Positions 9,965-19,074 of a stretch of DNA of 46,233 nucleotides are shown piece after piece. Every line of letters starts with the position of its first letter. The stretch's first letter is position 1. The stretch spans positions 1 to 46,233 of the IMG/VR virus record IMGVR_UViG_3300042887_002597. The stretch is one strand, 5' to 3'. The stretch is from a virus. Its lineage: Duplodnaviria > Heunggongvirae > Uroviricota > Caudoviricetes. The notes beneath the pieces were generated by a model that made no database searches, had not been told where the DNA came from, and saw only the letters and a list, made by a program, of their open reading frames with translations. Both the position numbers and the translations under genes were made by a program.

Positions 9965-11023
9965 TTAGTTTATGTATTTTCCTGTTACTGTTATGTTATC
10001 ACTTGGTATTATAGTATACCCCAATTGCTCCACGTTAAATCCTATTGTCACGGTGTTATTTGGCGTTTGAGTAATGCTTTCGATAGCTGACCCCAAAACT
10101 TGTTGTCCGTTGATTTCTACGTAAAAGTCTTGTGGACTTACGTTTGGATTAGTTAGCATCATTTCAAATATAGCTGTTTGTGATGTTGAGCTAATTGCTG
10201 TTTTTGTTGCCCCAGTTGTGCTTATGTTAGGAACAACAGTGTCTACAACAATCTCTCTTGGGCTATAAGTAACTTCACTAAGCTTATCGCTAAGTTGTTT
10301 AACTCTTACGTCTGGTACTATATATCCAAATAAAGTCAACGTGAAGTTGGTCCTTACAATACGCTCATTATCTTGTAATAAGTCTGTTGTGTTTGTAAAG
10401 CTATCTATCTTTGTTCTAAACTTAAATCTCTCCTCTTCTCCCCAGAAGCTTCCTTCTGAGTACAGAATAGACTCTACGATTTCGTTCATGTGCTCAACAT
10501 AATCAGTCCATATAATAACCTCATATGTCAAGTCTACGTAATCAGCCATTACTGAGTTTACAAAAGTTTTAATTGGCTTTTGGTTTGTCAGTCTGCTAAA
10601 TTGATCATATCTGTTTTGTTGAGTGTATTTAACTTGCTGCGTGTAATATACTTGTGGATGGTTTGCATCTACTTTATTACCCAACATTCTATTTTTTGCT
10701 ACTGCTGAGCGTTTATATGCTATAATTGGGGCTAATATCTTATCTTCCCTATCACGAATATATCCATCAGCTTGGAAGTTTTTCCATTTTTCTGGTGATC
10801 CGTAGTAAATTGGTACTGATCTAATTGTCCCGTTATCGTTTATAGTAGGTTGTATTACGTTTTCAAGATAGTACTTGATAGCGTAGTCTAGGTCTTTTAA
10901 ACCAATATTAAGTTCACGAGGTACACCACTCTCTATCTGGACATCGTTTGCTCTGTTGTAAACAGGGTTAGTTTGTCCAGTTAGAATTTCTCTTTGGGTT
11001 GCTGGTGTAGGTTTGTCGCTCAT
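9965..11023 (-). CDS. Tail terminator/sheath stabiliser, T4 gp15-like (352 aa)
   Basis: VPIYYGSPEKW motif resembling the gp15 family; follows gp13/gp14-like genes. Confidence 0.6.
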   Translation of the reverse strand: MSDKPTPATQREILTGQTNPVYNRANDVQIESGVPRELNIGLKDLDYAIKYYLENVIQPTINDNGTIRSVPIYYGSPEKWKNFQADGYIRDREDKILAPIIAYKRSAVAKNRMLGNKVDANHPQVYYTQQVKYTQQNRYDQFSRLTNQKPIKTFVNSVMADYVDLTYEVIIWTDYVEHMNEIVESILYSEGSFWGEEERFKFRTKIDSFTNTTDLLQDNERIVRTNFTLTLFGYIVPDVRVKQLSDKLSEVTYSPREIVVDTVVPNISTTGATKTAISSTSQTAIFEMMLTNPNVSPQDFYVEINGQQVLGSAIESITQTPNNTVTIGFNVEQLGYTIIPSDNITVTGKYIN

Positions 11024-11517
11024 TATGGTCTACCTTTTTCTATTTGCAATCTTGTTACTCGTGCATAGTGTCCTATGCATATCTCACTCCAATTACTACC
11101 AAACTCAGAACCTACGCTCTTACCGTAGTCATCATCTTTACCTAATACAAACTGATTCTCGTTAATTTGATCTAGCTCATAATAAAGACCTCTTACTTCA
11201 ACAATATCACCAGCTTTTGGCAATATATTAACCTCTCTCATTTTTGGTCTGAGGAACTTGAACGTCATTTGTTGAGTTACATCCATACCAAATTGATCGT
11301 CTGCTACGTAAGTTTGATCTCCTCTCTCTAAGAGACAAGTTAAACGTACTGGTTTATAGTATGATTTACCTTGGGAAGCTTCACCATACATGTTAGCTTG
11401 TGTGTTTTGTAGAGAAAGCACATAGTACTCAACTTCTTGTTGGATTACATCTTCCAACAGCTCATTGTTTACCTTTCTAAACATGCTAATATCTCTACTG
11501 CTTCCAAATAATGCCAT
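11023..11517 (-). CDS. Neck/head-closure protein, T4 gp14-like (164 aa)
   Basis: Position between gp13-like and gp15-like genes; beta-rich head-closure pattern (GDIVEVRGLYYEL). Confidence 0.55.
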   Translation of the reverse strand: MALFGSSRDISMFRKVNNELLEDVIQQEVEYYVLSLQNTQANMYGEASQGKSYYKPVRLTCLLERGDQTYVADDQFGMDVTQQMTFKFLRPKMREVNILPKAGDIVEVRGLYYELDQINENQFVLGKDDDYGKSVGSEFGSNWSEICIGHYARVTRLQIEKGRP

Positions 11518-11518
11518 C

Positions 11519-12661
11519 TTACTTAATGTATATTGGTAGTGGTACTTTTCCTAATTGGTAGTTCATTGCAGTAGCAACTGCTTGCTCTTGCTCAAACTGT
11601 CCTTGTCTTGTCAACGATTGTAGTAATTCTTTTAGGTCTGTTATTAAGGCTAACTTATCCTCTCTTCCCTGCACTACTAAGTCAGCACCATTAAGAGTTG
11701 TCTCTGCTCCTGGAATTGGTATTGTTGTGTACTTTCCTCTAACCAAACCTAGCATCTCCTTTGCGAGAGCTAATGCATACTTGTATATCCACTGTTTTCC
11801 CATTGGATTGATGTACTCGTAAGTTAGGTTATCAAAAGGCACGTTGCTAATGTCTGTTATTTTACCACTTGCATTAGCTTTAATAGGATTATTTCTATCC
11901 TCAACAACCAAATACTCAAACCACATATTTAAACTCACTGTTGGAATTGGAAATATGTTTAGCTTGTTATTACGCAACTCAAAAGTGTACGATGACTTTC
12001 TAATCTGATCATTCATTTCAATTGCTTGTATACGTAGTAAATCCGCATATAAAGGCATAACTAAGAATGATACTGCTGGTGAATATGATCCCCAACCGAA
12101 GCTATCTAACATTTGTTGTGTTCCTGCCCCAGTTCCTACGTATGGATCAAAGTATCGTGCGATTGCTGGTGCAAAGTCGTGGTACACTCTTTTTATTTCT
12201 ATTAAGCTTCCTGATTCGTTTGCGTTTGCCCAGTCGTTTAAGTCGTAGGTTTGTACATTAGGTTGTAGTGTAATGTATCCTTTTTTCCAATCCACATCAC
12301 CTCCACTACCTACTTCAGTTCCATAATTGTGTGCCAAGTTGATAGTTCTGCCCATGTTAGGGGTTATAACATTGTTTGTCAATATAGAACTTGTAGGTGA
12401 GCCTACTAAACTCAGCATATAGTCTTTTGCACTGTACATATTAATTAACGTACCAAACTCAGTAATGGCCTCCTCTGCAGCTGCATAGAAGTTTAAATCT
12501 TGCAATTCTACTTCCATAATAGGATATCCTAAGCGCTTTGCACACCAGTCTGCTATTCTATCAACGTCTTGTTGGAACTGGTAATCGTAGTCGTAATAGC
12601 CAAACGGAGTCATTCCAGGAAAGAACGAACTCGAGCCAGGCCAAATAGGTATGTTTGCCAT
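11519..12661 (-). CDS. gp13: Neck/head-tail adaptor protein, T4 gp13-like (380 aa)
   Basis: RLGYPIMEVEL and WIYKYALALAKEMLGLVRGKY motifs typical of gp13-family adaptors. Confidence 0.7.
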   Translation of the reverse strand: MANIPIWPGSSSFFPGMTPFGYYDYDYQFQQDVDRIADWCAKRLGYPIMEVELQDLNFYAAAEEAITEFGTLINMYSAKDYMLSLVGSPTSSILTNNVITPNMGRTINLAHNYGTEVGSGGDVDWKKGYITLQPNVQTYDLNDWANANESGSLIEIKRVYHDFAPAIARYFDPYVGTGAGTQQMLDSFGWGSYSPAVSFLVMPLYADLLRIQAIEMNDQIRKSSYTFELRNNKLNIFPIPTVSLNMWFEYLVVEDRNNPIKANASGKITDISNVPFDNLTYEYINPMGKQWIYKYALALAKEMLGLVRGKYTTIPIPGAETTLNGADLVVQGREDKLALITDLKELLQSLTRQGQFEQEQAVATAMNYQLGKVPLPIYIK

Positions 12662-12675
12662 TTATTGAGGTTTCT

Positions 12676-12683
12676 TATAAATA
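12676..12683 (-). promoter_or_regulatory. Conserved TATTTATA motif (putative late promoter) for the neck operon
   Basis: Exact motif 14 nt upstream of the ATG at 12661. Confidence 0.7.
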
Positions 12684-12688
12684 TCGCC

Positions 12689-13360
12689 TTAGTCGCGATA
12701 TTCGTTGTAAACGCTCAAGATAGGTTCTACAATTTCGTGTCTGTGGTTTGTCTTTAGAGTGATTACTCCAAATCCTGGAATTGTTGTCAGTCTCTTTACT
12801 ACAAAGTCAAATCCAGATTGCTTTTTATCTCTCAAGTCAATTTGAGCTACGTCACCACAAAGGATCATCTTAGCTCCATGGCATAAACGTCCTAAAAGCA
12901 ACTCCATTTGTCTATGAGTAATGTTTTGTGCCTCATCAACTACAACAAGGCAGTCTGATAAGTTACGACCTCTCATAAACGCTAAAGGAATTACCTCGAT
13001 GTTACCATCTGCAATGTGTTTGTCTATGATTTCCTTTTTGTACAGGCGATACATGTTGTCGTATATTGCAGCGGTGTATGGTGCTAGTTTTGCATCCTTA
13101 TCACCGGGCAAAAATCCAATATCTTCACCTGAGGTGACTGCTGGCCTAGTTAGTACGATCTTTTGAACATCACGGCGGAAAAGAAGGTCTAATGCCACTT
13201 GTGCGGCTACCATGGATTTTCCACTTCCTGCTGATCCTTTTAAGACTGAGATTGTGTTCTCAAGGATTTGTGATTTTGCTTGTTTCTGTTCCTCACTAAG
13301 AGTAATTTGAAACTTAATAGGGCCCTTTGGCTTTCTCTTCGCTGAAGTAACTTCTTCCAT
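12689..13360 (-). CDS. phoH: PhoH-family ATPase
   Basis: Walker A GSAGSGKS, LTRPAV, GFLPGD, PLAFMRGR, DEAQN and GDVAQID are all PhoH signatures. Confidence 0.95.
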   Translation of the reverse strand: MEEVTSAKRKPKGPIKFQITLSEEQKQAKSQILENTISVLKGSAGSGKSMVAAQVALDLLFRRDVQKIVLTRPAVTSGEDIGFLPGDKDAKLAPYTAAIYDNMYRLYKKEIIDKHIADGNIEVIPLAFMRGRNLSDCLVVVDEAQNITHRQMELLLGRLCHGAKMILCGDVAQIDLRDKKQSGFDFVVKRLTTIPGFGVITLKTNHRHEIVEPILSVYNEYRD

Positions 13361-13374
13361 GTTAGGTTGTTTCC

Positions 13375-13382
13375 TATAAGTA
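13375..13382 (-). promoter_or_regulatory. Variant motif TACTTATA upstream of phoH
   Basis: One mismatch to the consensus, 14 nt upstream of the ATG and just downstream of the capsid terminator. Confidence 0.55.
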
Positions 13383-13390
13383 GTTTGGTA

Positions 13391-13421
13391 AAAACAAAAA
13401 ACCCCTCCGAAGAGGGGCTTT
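13391..13421 (-). terminator. Intrinsic terminator after the major capsid gene
   Basis: Minus strand GCCCCTC-TTCG-GAGGGGT followed by a T-tract (C-UUCG-G tetraloop). Confidence 0.9.
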
Positions 13422-13442
13422 TTAAAAATCTAATTTGTTAGA

Positions 13443-15095
13443 TTAAAGCACGTTTAAGTCACCTACGTACACTTTACCGTAGAACTCAGGACGAGTTACA
13501 AGCTTAGCGTAGCGAGTCATCACACCACGACGTGGGATGAAGTTGTTCGGATCGTAAACAAGCGGAGTAAGCATCAACGGAATGTATGGTGCGTACACAG
13601 CTCCTGTCTCAAGGAATTGTGATCCACGGAATCCCATCAATACAGTGTTCTCTTGCATGTAAGGGTTCTTATACACAGTGTAGCGGCTAGTTAAAGCACC
13701 TACCTTTTGTACACCCATTGCATACTTCACTTTAGAACCATCACCATCTGCAGCATATCCTGGGATAGACTCAAGAATAGTTGATACGTCTGGAGAGCAT
13801 ACTAAGAAGTTAGCTCCACCACGTAAAGTCTTAGCGTGAATTTGGTTAGAAACTTTTTGAAGTTTTGTACCCAAAGTTGCATACCAAGTACCTTGGATGT
13901 AAGCTTGTCCAGAGAACTGGCTAGTTGTAAAGGTGTTAGTAGCGCTGTTCCACTCTTGACCTACTTTAGCTGACCAGTAATCGGTTGTTGCAGCAGCTGA
14001 AATCAACATGTCTAAGATTTCTAAGTCAATTTCCATAGAAACGTACTCAGACAACATAGCAGTCAATTCTGCTTCAGCATCGATTGAGTGGTAAGCGTTC
14101 AAGTCTTGAGCAAATTCTGGAGTCCAGCTTGCCTTTAACTTACGAGTCTTAGCAGTCACAGGAATAGAACGCATTTGCAATTCAATCTCTGGGATTCTCA
14201 AGTCGGTGTCAAGGTTGTTTGCAACGTCAGTTGTACGAGGAGTTACAACTTCAAAGTCACCACGAGTATCGTTAGTAGGTTGCAAGCTATAAGACATTGC
14301 AGTTGTAAACGATGCGTTAGTTACAGCTGAAGCTGCGATTACGAATTGGATAGATGATCCAGTCACTACAGTGAATGCTGGTAAGTACTGTCCAGTTGCT
14401 GCATTAAGAGTTGTAGAAGCTGACACAGGAATGAAAGAACGTACAGCTGTAAGGTCAGCGTTTGCTGGGATACCTACACGAAGGGTCTTCCAAGTAGTAC
14501 CAGCAGTTGCACCAGTAGCAGTTGTTCCTAAAGAAGCAGTGTAGTTTCCATCTTGGAATACGTCAATTGAAACTGCAGATGCAGTAGTGATTGAAGTTGT
14601 AGATGAGCTAACTAGGAAGTTAGTTGAATAACCAAAACGACCAGCTCCATAAAGACCGTCTGATGCAGCAGTGGATGCAGAAGTGATACCCATCAAAGTA
14701 CCAGTTTGGTTCTTACCTACTGGAGAGAATCCAAATGGGTTCTTTTGGTTACCATATTTGAAATCCAAATAGAACACAAGACCTGATGGTAAGTTCATTG
14801 GTTGAACGCTAACGAATTCTTTAGCTGAAATCTCAGCAAAGATACGACGGATCAACGGAAGAGCTACGCCAGTCCATTGTTCAAATCCAGTACCAGCAGA
14901 GGTACCAGAACCACCTGAGTTAGCTGATCCTTCTTTGATCAACTGCTTAGCTTGGTTTTCTAAAAGAACAGACACGGTTGCTTTCTCGTGCTCGCTCTTC
15001 AAGCCTTCCAAAAGACCTGATTTACCCCACTTGCTAACAAGTTGACGGTTTTCAGCTCCTCTATTTGGCTCTTGCATGTTTTCGAATAAATTCAT
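13443..15095 (-). CDS. gp23: Major capsid protein, T4 gp23-like (550 aa)
   Basis: VQPMNLPSGLVF, TAKTRKLKASWTPEFAQDLNAYH, YAPYIPL and RRGVMTRYAK motifs; candidate maturation site LIKE|G. Confidence 0.95.
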   Translation of the reverse strand: MNLFENMQEPNRGAENRQLVSKWGKSGLLEGLKSEHEKATVSVLLENQAKQLIKEGSANSGGSGTSAGTGFEQWTGVALPLIRRIFAEISAKEFVSVQPMNLPSGLVFYLDFKYGNQKNPFGFSPVGKNQTGTLMGITSASTAASDGLYGAGRFGYSTNFLVSSSTTSITTASAVSIDVFQDGNYTASLGTTATGATAGTTWKTLRVGIPANADLTAVRSFIPVSASTTLNAATGQYLPAFTVVTGSSIQFVIAASAVTNASFTTAMSYSLQPTNDTRGDFEVVTPRTTDVANNLDTDLRIPEIELQMRSIPVTAKTRKLKASWTPEFAQDLNAYHSIDAEAELTAMLSEYVSMEIDLEILDMLISAAATTDYWSAKVGQEWNSATNTFTTSQFSGQAYIQGTWYATLGTKLQKVSNQIHAKTLRGGANFLVCSPDVSTILESIPGYAADGDGSKVKYAMGVQKVGALTSRYTVYKNPYMQENTVLMGFRGSQFLETGAVYAPYIPLMLTPLVYDPNNFIPRRGVMTRYAKLVTRPEFYGKVYVGDLNVL

Positions 15096-15120
15096 TTTTT
15101 TAAGAGTTTAGAGTTTTTAA

Positions 15121-16182
15121 TTAAATAATTCCTGCCAATTTTTTGAATCTGTTGGCTTGGTCGTTTCCTTCAGTAAGAACTGATTTAGTTTTAGCAGTTG
15201 CTTTTGAAGCGAATCCTTCCATTACAGATTTTTTAGTTGCTGTAGCTTTGTTGTTTGTAGAACCTTTTGCTGCAGTGATAGACTCAGACAAAGTAGCATA
15301 AACAAGTTTAGCTTCTCTTACTGTCTTAGCACGATCAAAAGTTTCAATAATTTTAACCTTTTGAGTTTCGGTTAAGTTGTTACGGAACAATTTGTTCACG
15401 TACAATAGTTTAGCGTTAAGAAGGTTTACTTCTGAAAGTTTAGTACGCAAGAATTTAACAGCGCTATAAGCTTCGTTAATCTCTTCTTCCATCTTCTTCA
15501 TTTTCATCTTCATCTTCTTAGCTTCATCCATCTTCTCCTCTTCCTCCTCTTCTTTTTCCTCTCCTTCTTCTTCGTTTAGAGAATTCAAAAGTTCTTGAAG
15601 ATCAACTTCTTCTTCAGATTCCTCAGACTCCTCTTCGCCTTCTTCTTCACGAAGTGCGTTGATGATTTCATCAAGGTCCATCTCAGGCTCTTCATCAGCA
15701 GCCATTTCTTCTTCTCCTTCTTCAGCATCAAGTTCACGAAGGATTTCTTCTAGGTCTTCATCAGACTCGTCAGAAAAATCTTCTTCACTTTCTCCTTCGT
15801 CAGAGAATTCTTCTTCACTTGAAAACTCTTCCTCTCCACCTTCGTCTGAGAAATCCTCTTCAGATTCGTCAGAAAAATCTTCTTCAGATTCTTCCTCTCC
15901 CTCTTCTTCAGAAATACCAGCCAAAGACTTAAAGCGAGCTTCCATGTTCACATCGTCAGCGTGGTCTCCATGACCTACATCACGACGATCAGCATTTGGA
16001 TCAGTTTCGTTCTCATACTCCTCATTTTCCATCTCGTCATCCATTTCCTCACGGATCTTAGAAGACAACATAGATTGAAGTTTTGGTGCGAACGCTTCTT
16101 CCAATGCCAACTTTGCGTTTGCTAGTGCTGTCTCACGGACTGCTTTAGCATCAGCGATTGCATCTTTCAATAGCTTGTTCAT
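15121..16182 (-). CDS. Prohead scaffolding/core protein, gp22-equivalent (353 aa)
   Basis: Directly upstream of the capsid gene; very acidic centre, helical ends, many (L/I)xE sites, C-terminal RFKKLAGII. Confidence 0.8.
   Translation of the reverse strand: MNKLLKDAIADAKAVRETALANAKLALEEAFAPKLQSMLSSKIREEMDDEMENEEYENETDPNADRRDVGHGDHADDVNMEARFKSLAGISEEEGEEESEEDFSDESEEDFSDEGGEEEFSSEEEFSDEGESEEDFSDESDEDLEEILRELDAEEGEEEMAADEEPEMDLDEIINALREEEGEEESEESEEEVDLQELLNSLNEEEGEEKEEEEEEKMDEAKKMKMKMKKMEEEINEAYSAVKFLRTKLSEVNLLNAKLLYVNKLFRNNLTETQKVKIIETFDRAKTVREAKLVYATLSESITAAKGSTNNKATATKKSVMEGFASKATAKTKSVLTEGNDQANRFKKLAGII
15764..15895 (-). repeat. Imperfect tandem EE(D/E)FS(D/S)E repeats in the scaffold gene
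   Basis: SEEDFSDESEEDFSDEGGEEEFSSEEEFSDEGESEEDFSDES; the DNA unit tcgtcagaaaaatcttcttca occurs twice. Confidence 0.8.
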
Positions 16183-16207
16183 TTTTTAAAAAAATTTGGT
16201 TTGTTTG

Positions 16208-16277
16208 TGCGACTATTACGAGAGTCACAATTAGGTTATAATAGGGTGACGCCATATAGACTGATGGCGTATTCCCT
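16208..16277 (-). promoter_or_regulatory. Structured 5' leader (two hairpins) of the scaffold-capsid operon
   Basis: On the minus-strand RNA: ACGCCAU/AUGGCGU stem with outer AGGG/CCCU, and UGUGACU/AGUCGCA stem with one G-U pair. Both have 8-nt loops. Confidence 0.6.
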
Positions 16278-16322
16278 TATAGGTAGTCCACAAAACTACC
16301 AAACAATAAAATTTACTACAAA

Positions 16323-16976
16323 TTATGCAGCTTTTAGGCCTAATTTTCCTGCAAATTCTGCTACTTCTGAGGATTTGATTGACGCCATTGCAGCTTCAAA
16401 GGCTGCTAATGAAAAGCTTCCACCGTTTGCTGCTCCGGCAGCTGCGCTTTTGAAGGCACTTACTGCTCCTACTCCGCTATACACTGCTAGTGATGCAATC
16501 AATACATAGTATATTGCTTCAGCTGCTTTTAGCTGCTGAGCTTCATCCTTAATACCTACTTTTTTAAACAGGCCTGATACCTTTAGTATCCATTTTAGAC
16601 CTTTAATGTAACTCTTATGCCACTTGTGGGTAAACTCAATTATCGTGTTTGCCATCTGCTCTTGGTCATCTGGCGACTTTGCTTGACCTGGTTTGAATAG
16701 TTTTTTAAAGAGATTAGTTACTCCTTGAAAAGACTTTACTATCAGTTCGACTACCTTTGGTGCTGCTAATAATGCTCCTACAATAGCTACTGCACCCAAA
16801 GCCTCATTAAGCTCTGGGCTTGATTGATCTACATCTTGTTGTAATTCCTCCTGACTTCTCTCAAGCTCAGCGCCCATTGTCTTGAATGATGCAGCCATTG
16901 CTTGATCTAAAGCGCTTATTGCTTTCTTATCTTCTTCTTCTCGAATTACACTTTCTAGTAGGACTTTCAGTTTCAT
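16323..16976 (-). CDS. Hypothetical protein with hydrophobic helices, candidate internal head/ejection protein (217 aa)
   Basis: MKLKVLLE leader, internal LNE site followed by a hydrophobic helix, and a second hydrophobic helix near the C-terminus. Confidence 0.6.
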   Translation of the reverse strand: MKLKVLLESVIREEEDKKAISALDQAMAASFKTMGAELERSQEELQQDVDQSSPELNEALGAVAIVGALLAAPKVVELIVKSFQGVTNLFKKLFKPGQAKSPDDQEQMANTIIEFTHKWHKSYIKGLKWILKVSGLFKKVGIKDEAQQLKAAEAIYYVLIASLAVYSGVGAVSAFKSAAAGAANGGSFSLAAFEAAMASIKSSEVAEFAGKLGLKAA

Positions 16977-16978
16977 AG

Positions 16979-17347
16979 TTAGTCTATTATATCGCTAAAG
17001 TTTACAAACACATCAACTTCATCTGGTTTAACGGTTACAACCATTCCCTTGCTGTTGATGCTCTTTAATTCTCCTTGGCTGCTAATGAAGTCTGCATTGT
17101 TGTATTTCTTCACTCTTCCAATGTTAAATTTGATAGGGTACTTGAGGTCTGCTTGTGGCTTTGCATCGCCTTTTTCTTCCTCACCACCCTCTTCACCAGC
17201 TGCAGGCTCCTCCGCTGCTGCGTCGTCTGCTCCCGCTTCTTCTCCACCAGCAGCTGCAAATGGATTCTCTCCACCTGCTTCTTCCTCATCTCCTTCTGCT
17301 TCACGCAAAGGCATAAGGTCTTTGAGTTTTATTGTCTTAAAGCTCAT
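16979..17347 (-). CDS. Hypothetical protein, candidate internal head protein (122 aa)
   Basis: IKLKDLMPLRE leader, acidic linker, small beta-rich C-domain. Confidence 0.6.
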   Translation of the reverse strand: MSFKTIKLKDLMPLREAEGDEEEAGGENPFAAAGGEEAGADDAAAEEPAAGEEGGEEEKGDAKPQADLKYPIKFNIGRVKKYNNADFISSQGELKSINSKGMVVTVKPDEVDVFVNFSDIID

Positions 17348-17702
17348 AATATCTTCCTAAGTTGTGACCCATTTCTTCATACAAAGACTCTAAGCGTTGT
17401 TGTAGTTTGGAAATCTCTTTCACAGTTTGTCCAAACTGCTTATTGCCTTCACGCAATGTTTTAAGGTTACGCTTTACTGTAATCTCATCAAACCAGTCTT
17501 GGGTCTCTTGTAGAGTAACTGCTTCTGCTTTAGTCACAAGCTCGTTAATTTCCTCAGCTACACGACGTAAGTCTTCAGTACGATAGATTACTGAACCGTA
17601 TTCGTTGAACTTCTTTACCTCTTCTAGGAAAGCAGCTTTTTCGTTTGTGGTCTTTTTTGGAGAATCTCCTTCAAATCCTTCTAATAATTTCTTTAGTTTC
17701 AT
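17337..17702 (-). CDS. Hypothetical helical protein, candidate prohead core protein (121 aa)
   Basis: MKLKKLLE leader; start overlaps the protease stop (TAATG). Confidence 0.65.
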   Translation of the reverse strand: MKLKKLLEGFEGDSPKKTTNEKAAFLEEVKKFNEYGSVIYRTEDLRRVAEEINELVTKAEAVTLQETQDWFDEITVKRNLKTLREGNKQFGQTVKEISKLQQRLESLYEEMGHNLGRYYEL

Positions 17703-18301
17703 TACATTACTGAGATTATGTCGTTTATCAATGAGTGTACTTTTGAGTACTTGTTTTGTTTATTGTCGTGTGTTACGGATTCGTTAAGTGGTGACATAAA
17801 CGCTCCTTGAGTTGATGGGTTGCTTACTAAGTCCCAGCAAACGATTTCAAAGTCATCTTGTACCTCTACTTTTCCTTCTCCAATGTTTTTAACACTACCC
17901 ATACCTCTTGAGCTGATCCCCAAACGTATGCCTGATCTCAAAAGTTCTTTTGCAATGTTTCCTGATGGAGTTCCTAAGATTTCAATCTTACCCATTAGGT
18001 CATTACCATCCCACCATAGATCAACTACGTTGTGAGATACGTTTTGCAAGTTCACTACTCCAGAATCTGGGTGATCTAGTTCTCCCAATGCTCTACGTTC
18101 TGCTACAAATACTTGCTTGTATTTATCAGCTTCACGACGTAGAATGTCATCTGGATATTGTCTACCGTTTTGGTTAGTAGCATTCGCTCTCTGCATTACT
18201 CCTGATAAGATTACCTTACCATTGTTTTGCTGCATAGACTCGTTGATCTGCTCTGGTGTTACAGAGAGACAACCGATTGAATCTATTAATAGTTTTTTCA
18301 T
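17702..18301 (-). CDS. gp21: Prohead protease, T4 gp21-like
   Basis: NQNGRQYP, ALGELDHP (catalytic His), GISSRGMGS (catalytic Ser) and DLVSNPS motifs. Confidence 0.95.
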   Translation of the reverse strand: MKKLLIDSIGCLSVTPEQINESMQQNNGKVILSGVMQRANATNQNGRQYPDDILRREADKYKQVFVAERRALGELDHPDSGVVNLQNVSHNVVDLWWDGNDLMGKIEILGTPSGNIAKELLRSGIRLGISSRGMGSVKNIGEGKVEVQDDFEIVCWDLVSNPSTQGAFMSPLNESVTHDNKQNKYSKVHSLINDIISVM

Positions 18302-18304
18302 GTA

Positions 18305-18312
18305 TATAAATA
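18305..18312 (-). promoter_or_regulatory. TATTTATA motif upstream of the protease gene
   Basis: Exact motif only 3 nt upstream of the ATG. Confidence 0.65.
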
Positions 18313-19074
18313 TTAAAAAATCTTTTTCAGATTGTTTACTATGTCTTGTTCTCTGTTAATGTTTCCAAGCTCAACGTCTTTGTCAAACCCCTGATACACC
18401 AACATGTCGTTTTCGAGATCAAATGCACTTGGCTCTCCGTTAATAGTAACATCAATATTGTGAACATTCCCTCTTTTGATTACATCTATATCTTCAATTG
18501 GGACATTTAGGCCAGCTGCCATTAGCATCTTACCCATTTTATCTTTTACACTATTTGATTCGATCTCTTTCAAGTTTGCAATTGACTTTGTGCGCTTAGT
18601 GGCTTCACTTAATCTCTTGTGTATTTTTAACAAAGCCTCATTAGTACGCTTCCATAATTTATTATCGCTAACCTGGGATTCGTTTTTTAGCTTTATTGAG
18701 TGCTCAAGGATTTTATTAATTTCAGATATCTTACGATTAATTTCTAAAATAGCTTCGTTAATCTTTTTGTGATTAGGCATGCTTGCATCTTCCTTAAACT
18801 GCTTGTAGTTGGCTTCGTTTATGTTTGGTAAATGCTTTCCTTGATCCTGGTAGCCTACGAAGAAGCGCTTTTCTTTTTTAGGTTTCACTATATAAGTGGT
18901 TCCGTTTGCTCCAGTAGCTTTAGAACTACCTTCGTCATTCGGATTTCCAGTAAAAGCTTTTGGTGTAGCGTAAGCTCCTACTGCAGAGCTATCACTTCCC
19001 TCTTTCTTAATTTTTCTTAGCTTAGCTAATTTTTTTACGAACTTCTTGGCTTCGTTTAAATCACTTTGTTGCAT
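18313..19074 (-). CDS. Hypothetical head-module protein (253 aa)
   Basis: Between portal and protease; LNE/INE sites; basic region and coiled coil. Confidence 0.65.
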   Translation of the reverse strand: MQQSDLNEAKKFVKKLAKLRKIKKEGSDSSAVGAYATPKAFTGNPNDEGSSKATGANGTTYIVKPKKEKRFFVGYQDQGKHLPNINEANYKQFKEDASMPNHKKINEAILEINRKISEINKILEHSIKLKNESQVSDNKLWKRTNEALLKIHKRLSEATKRTKSIANLKEIESNSVKDKMGKMLMAAGLNVPIEDIDVIKRGNVHNIDVTINGEPSAFDLENDMLVYQGFDKDVELGNINREQDIVNNLKKIF

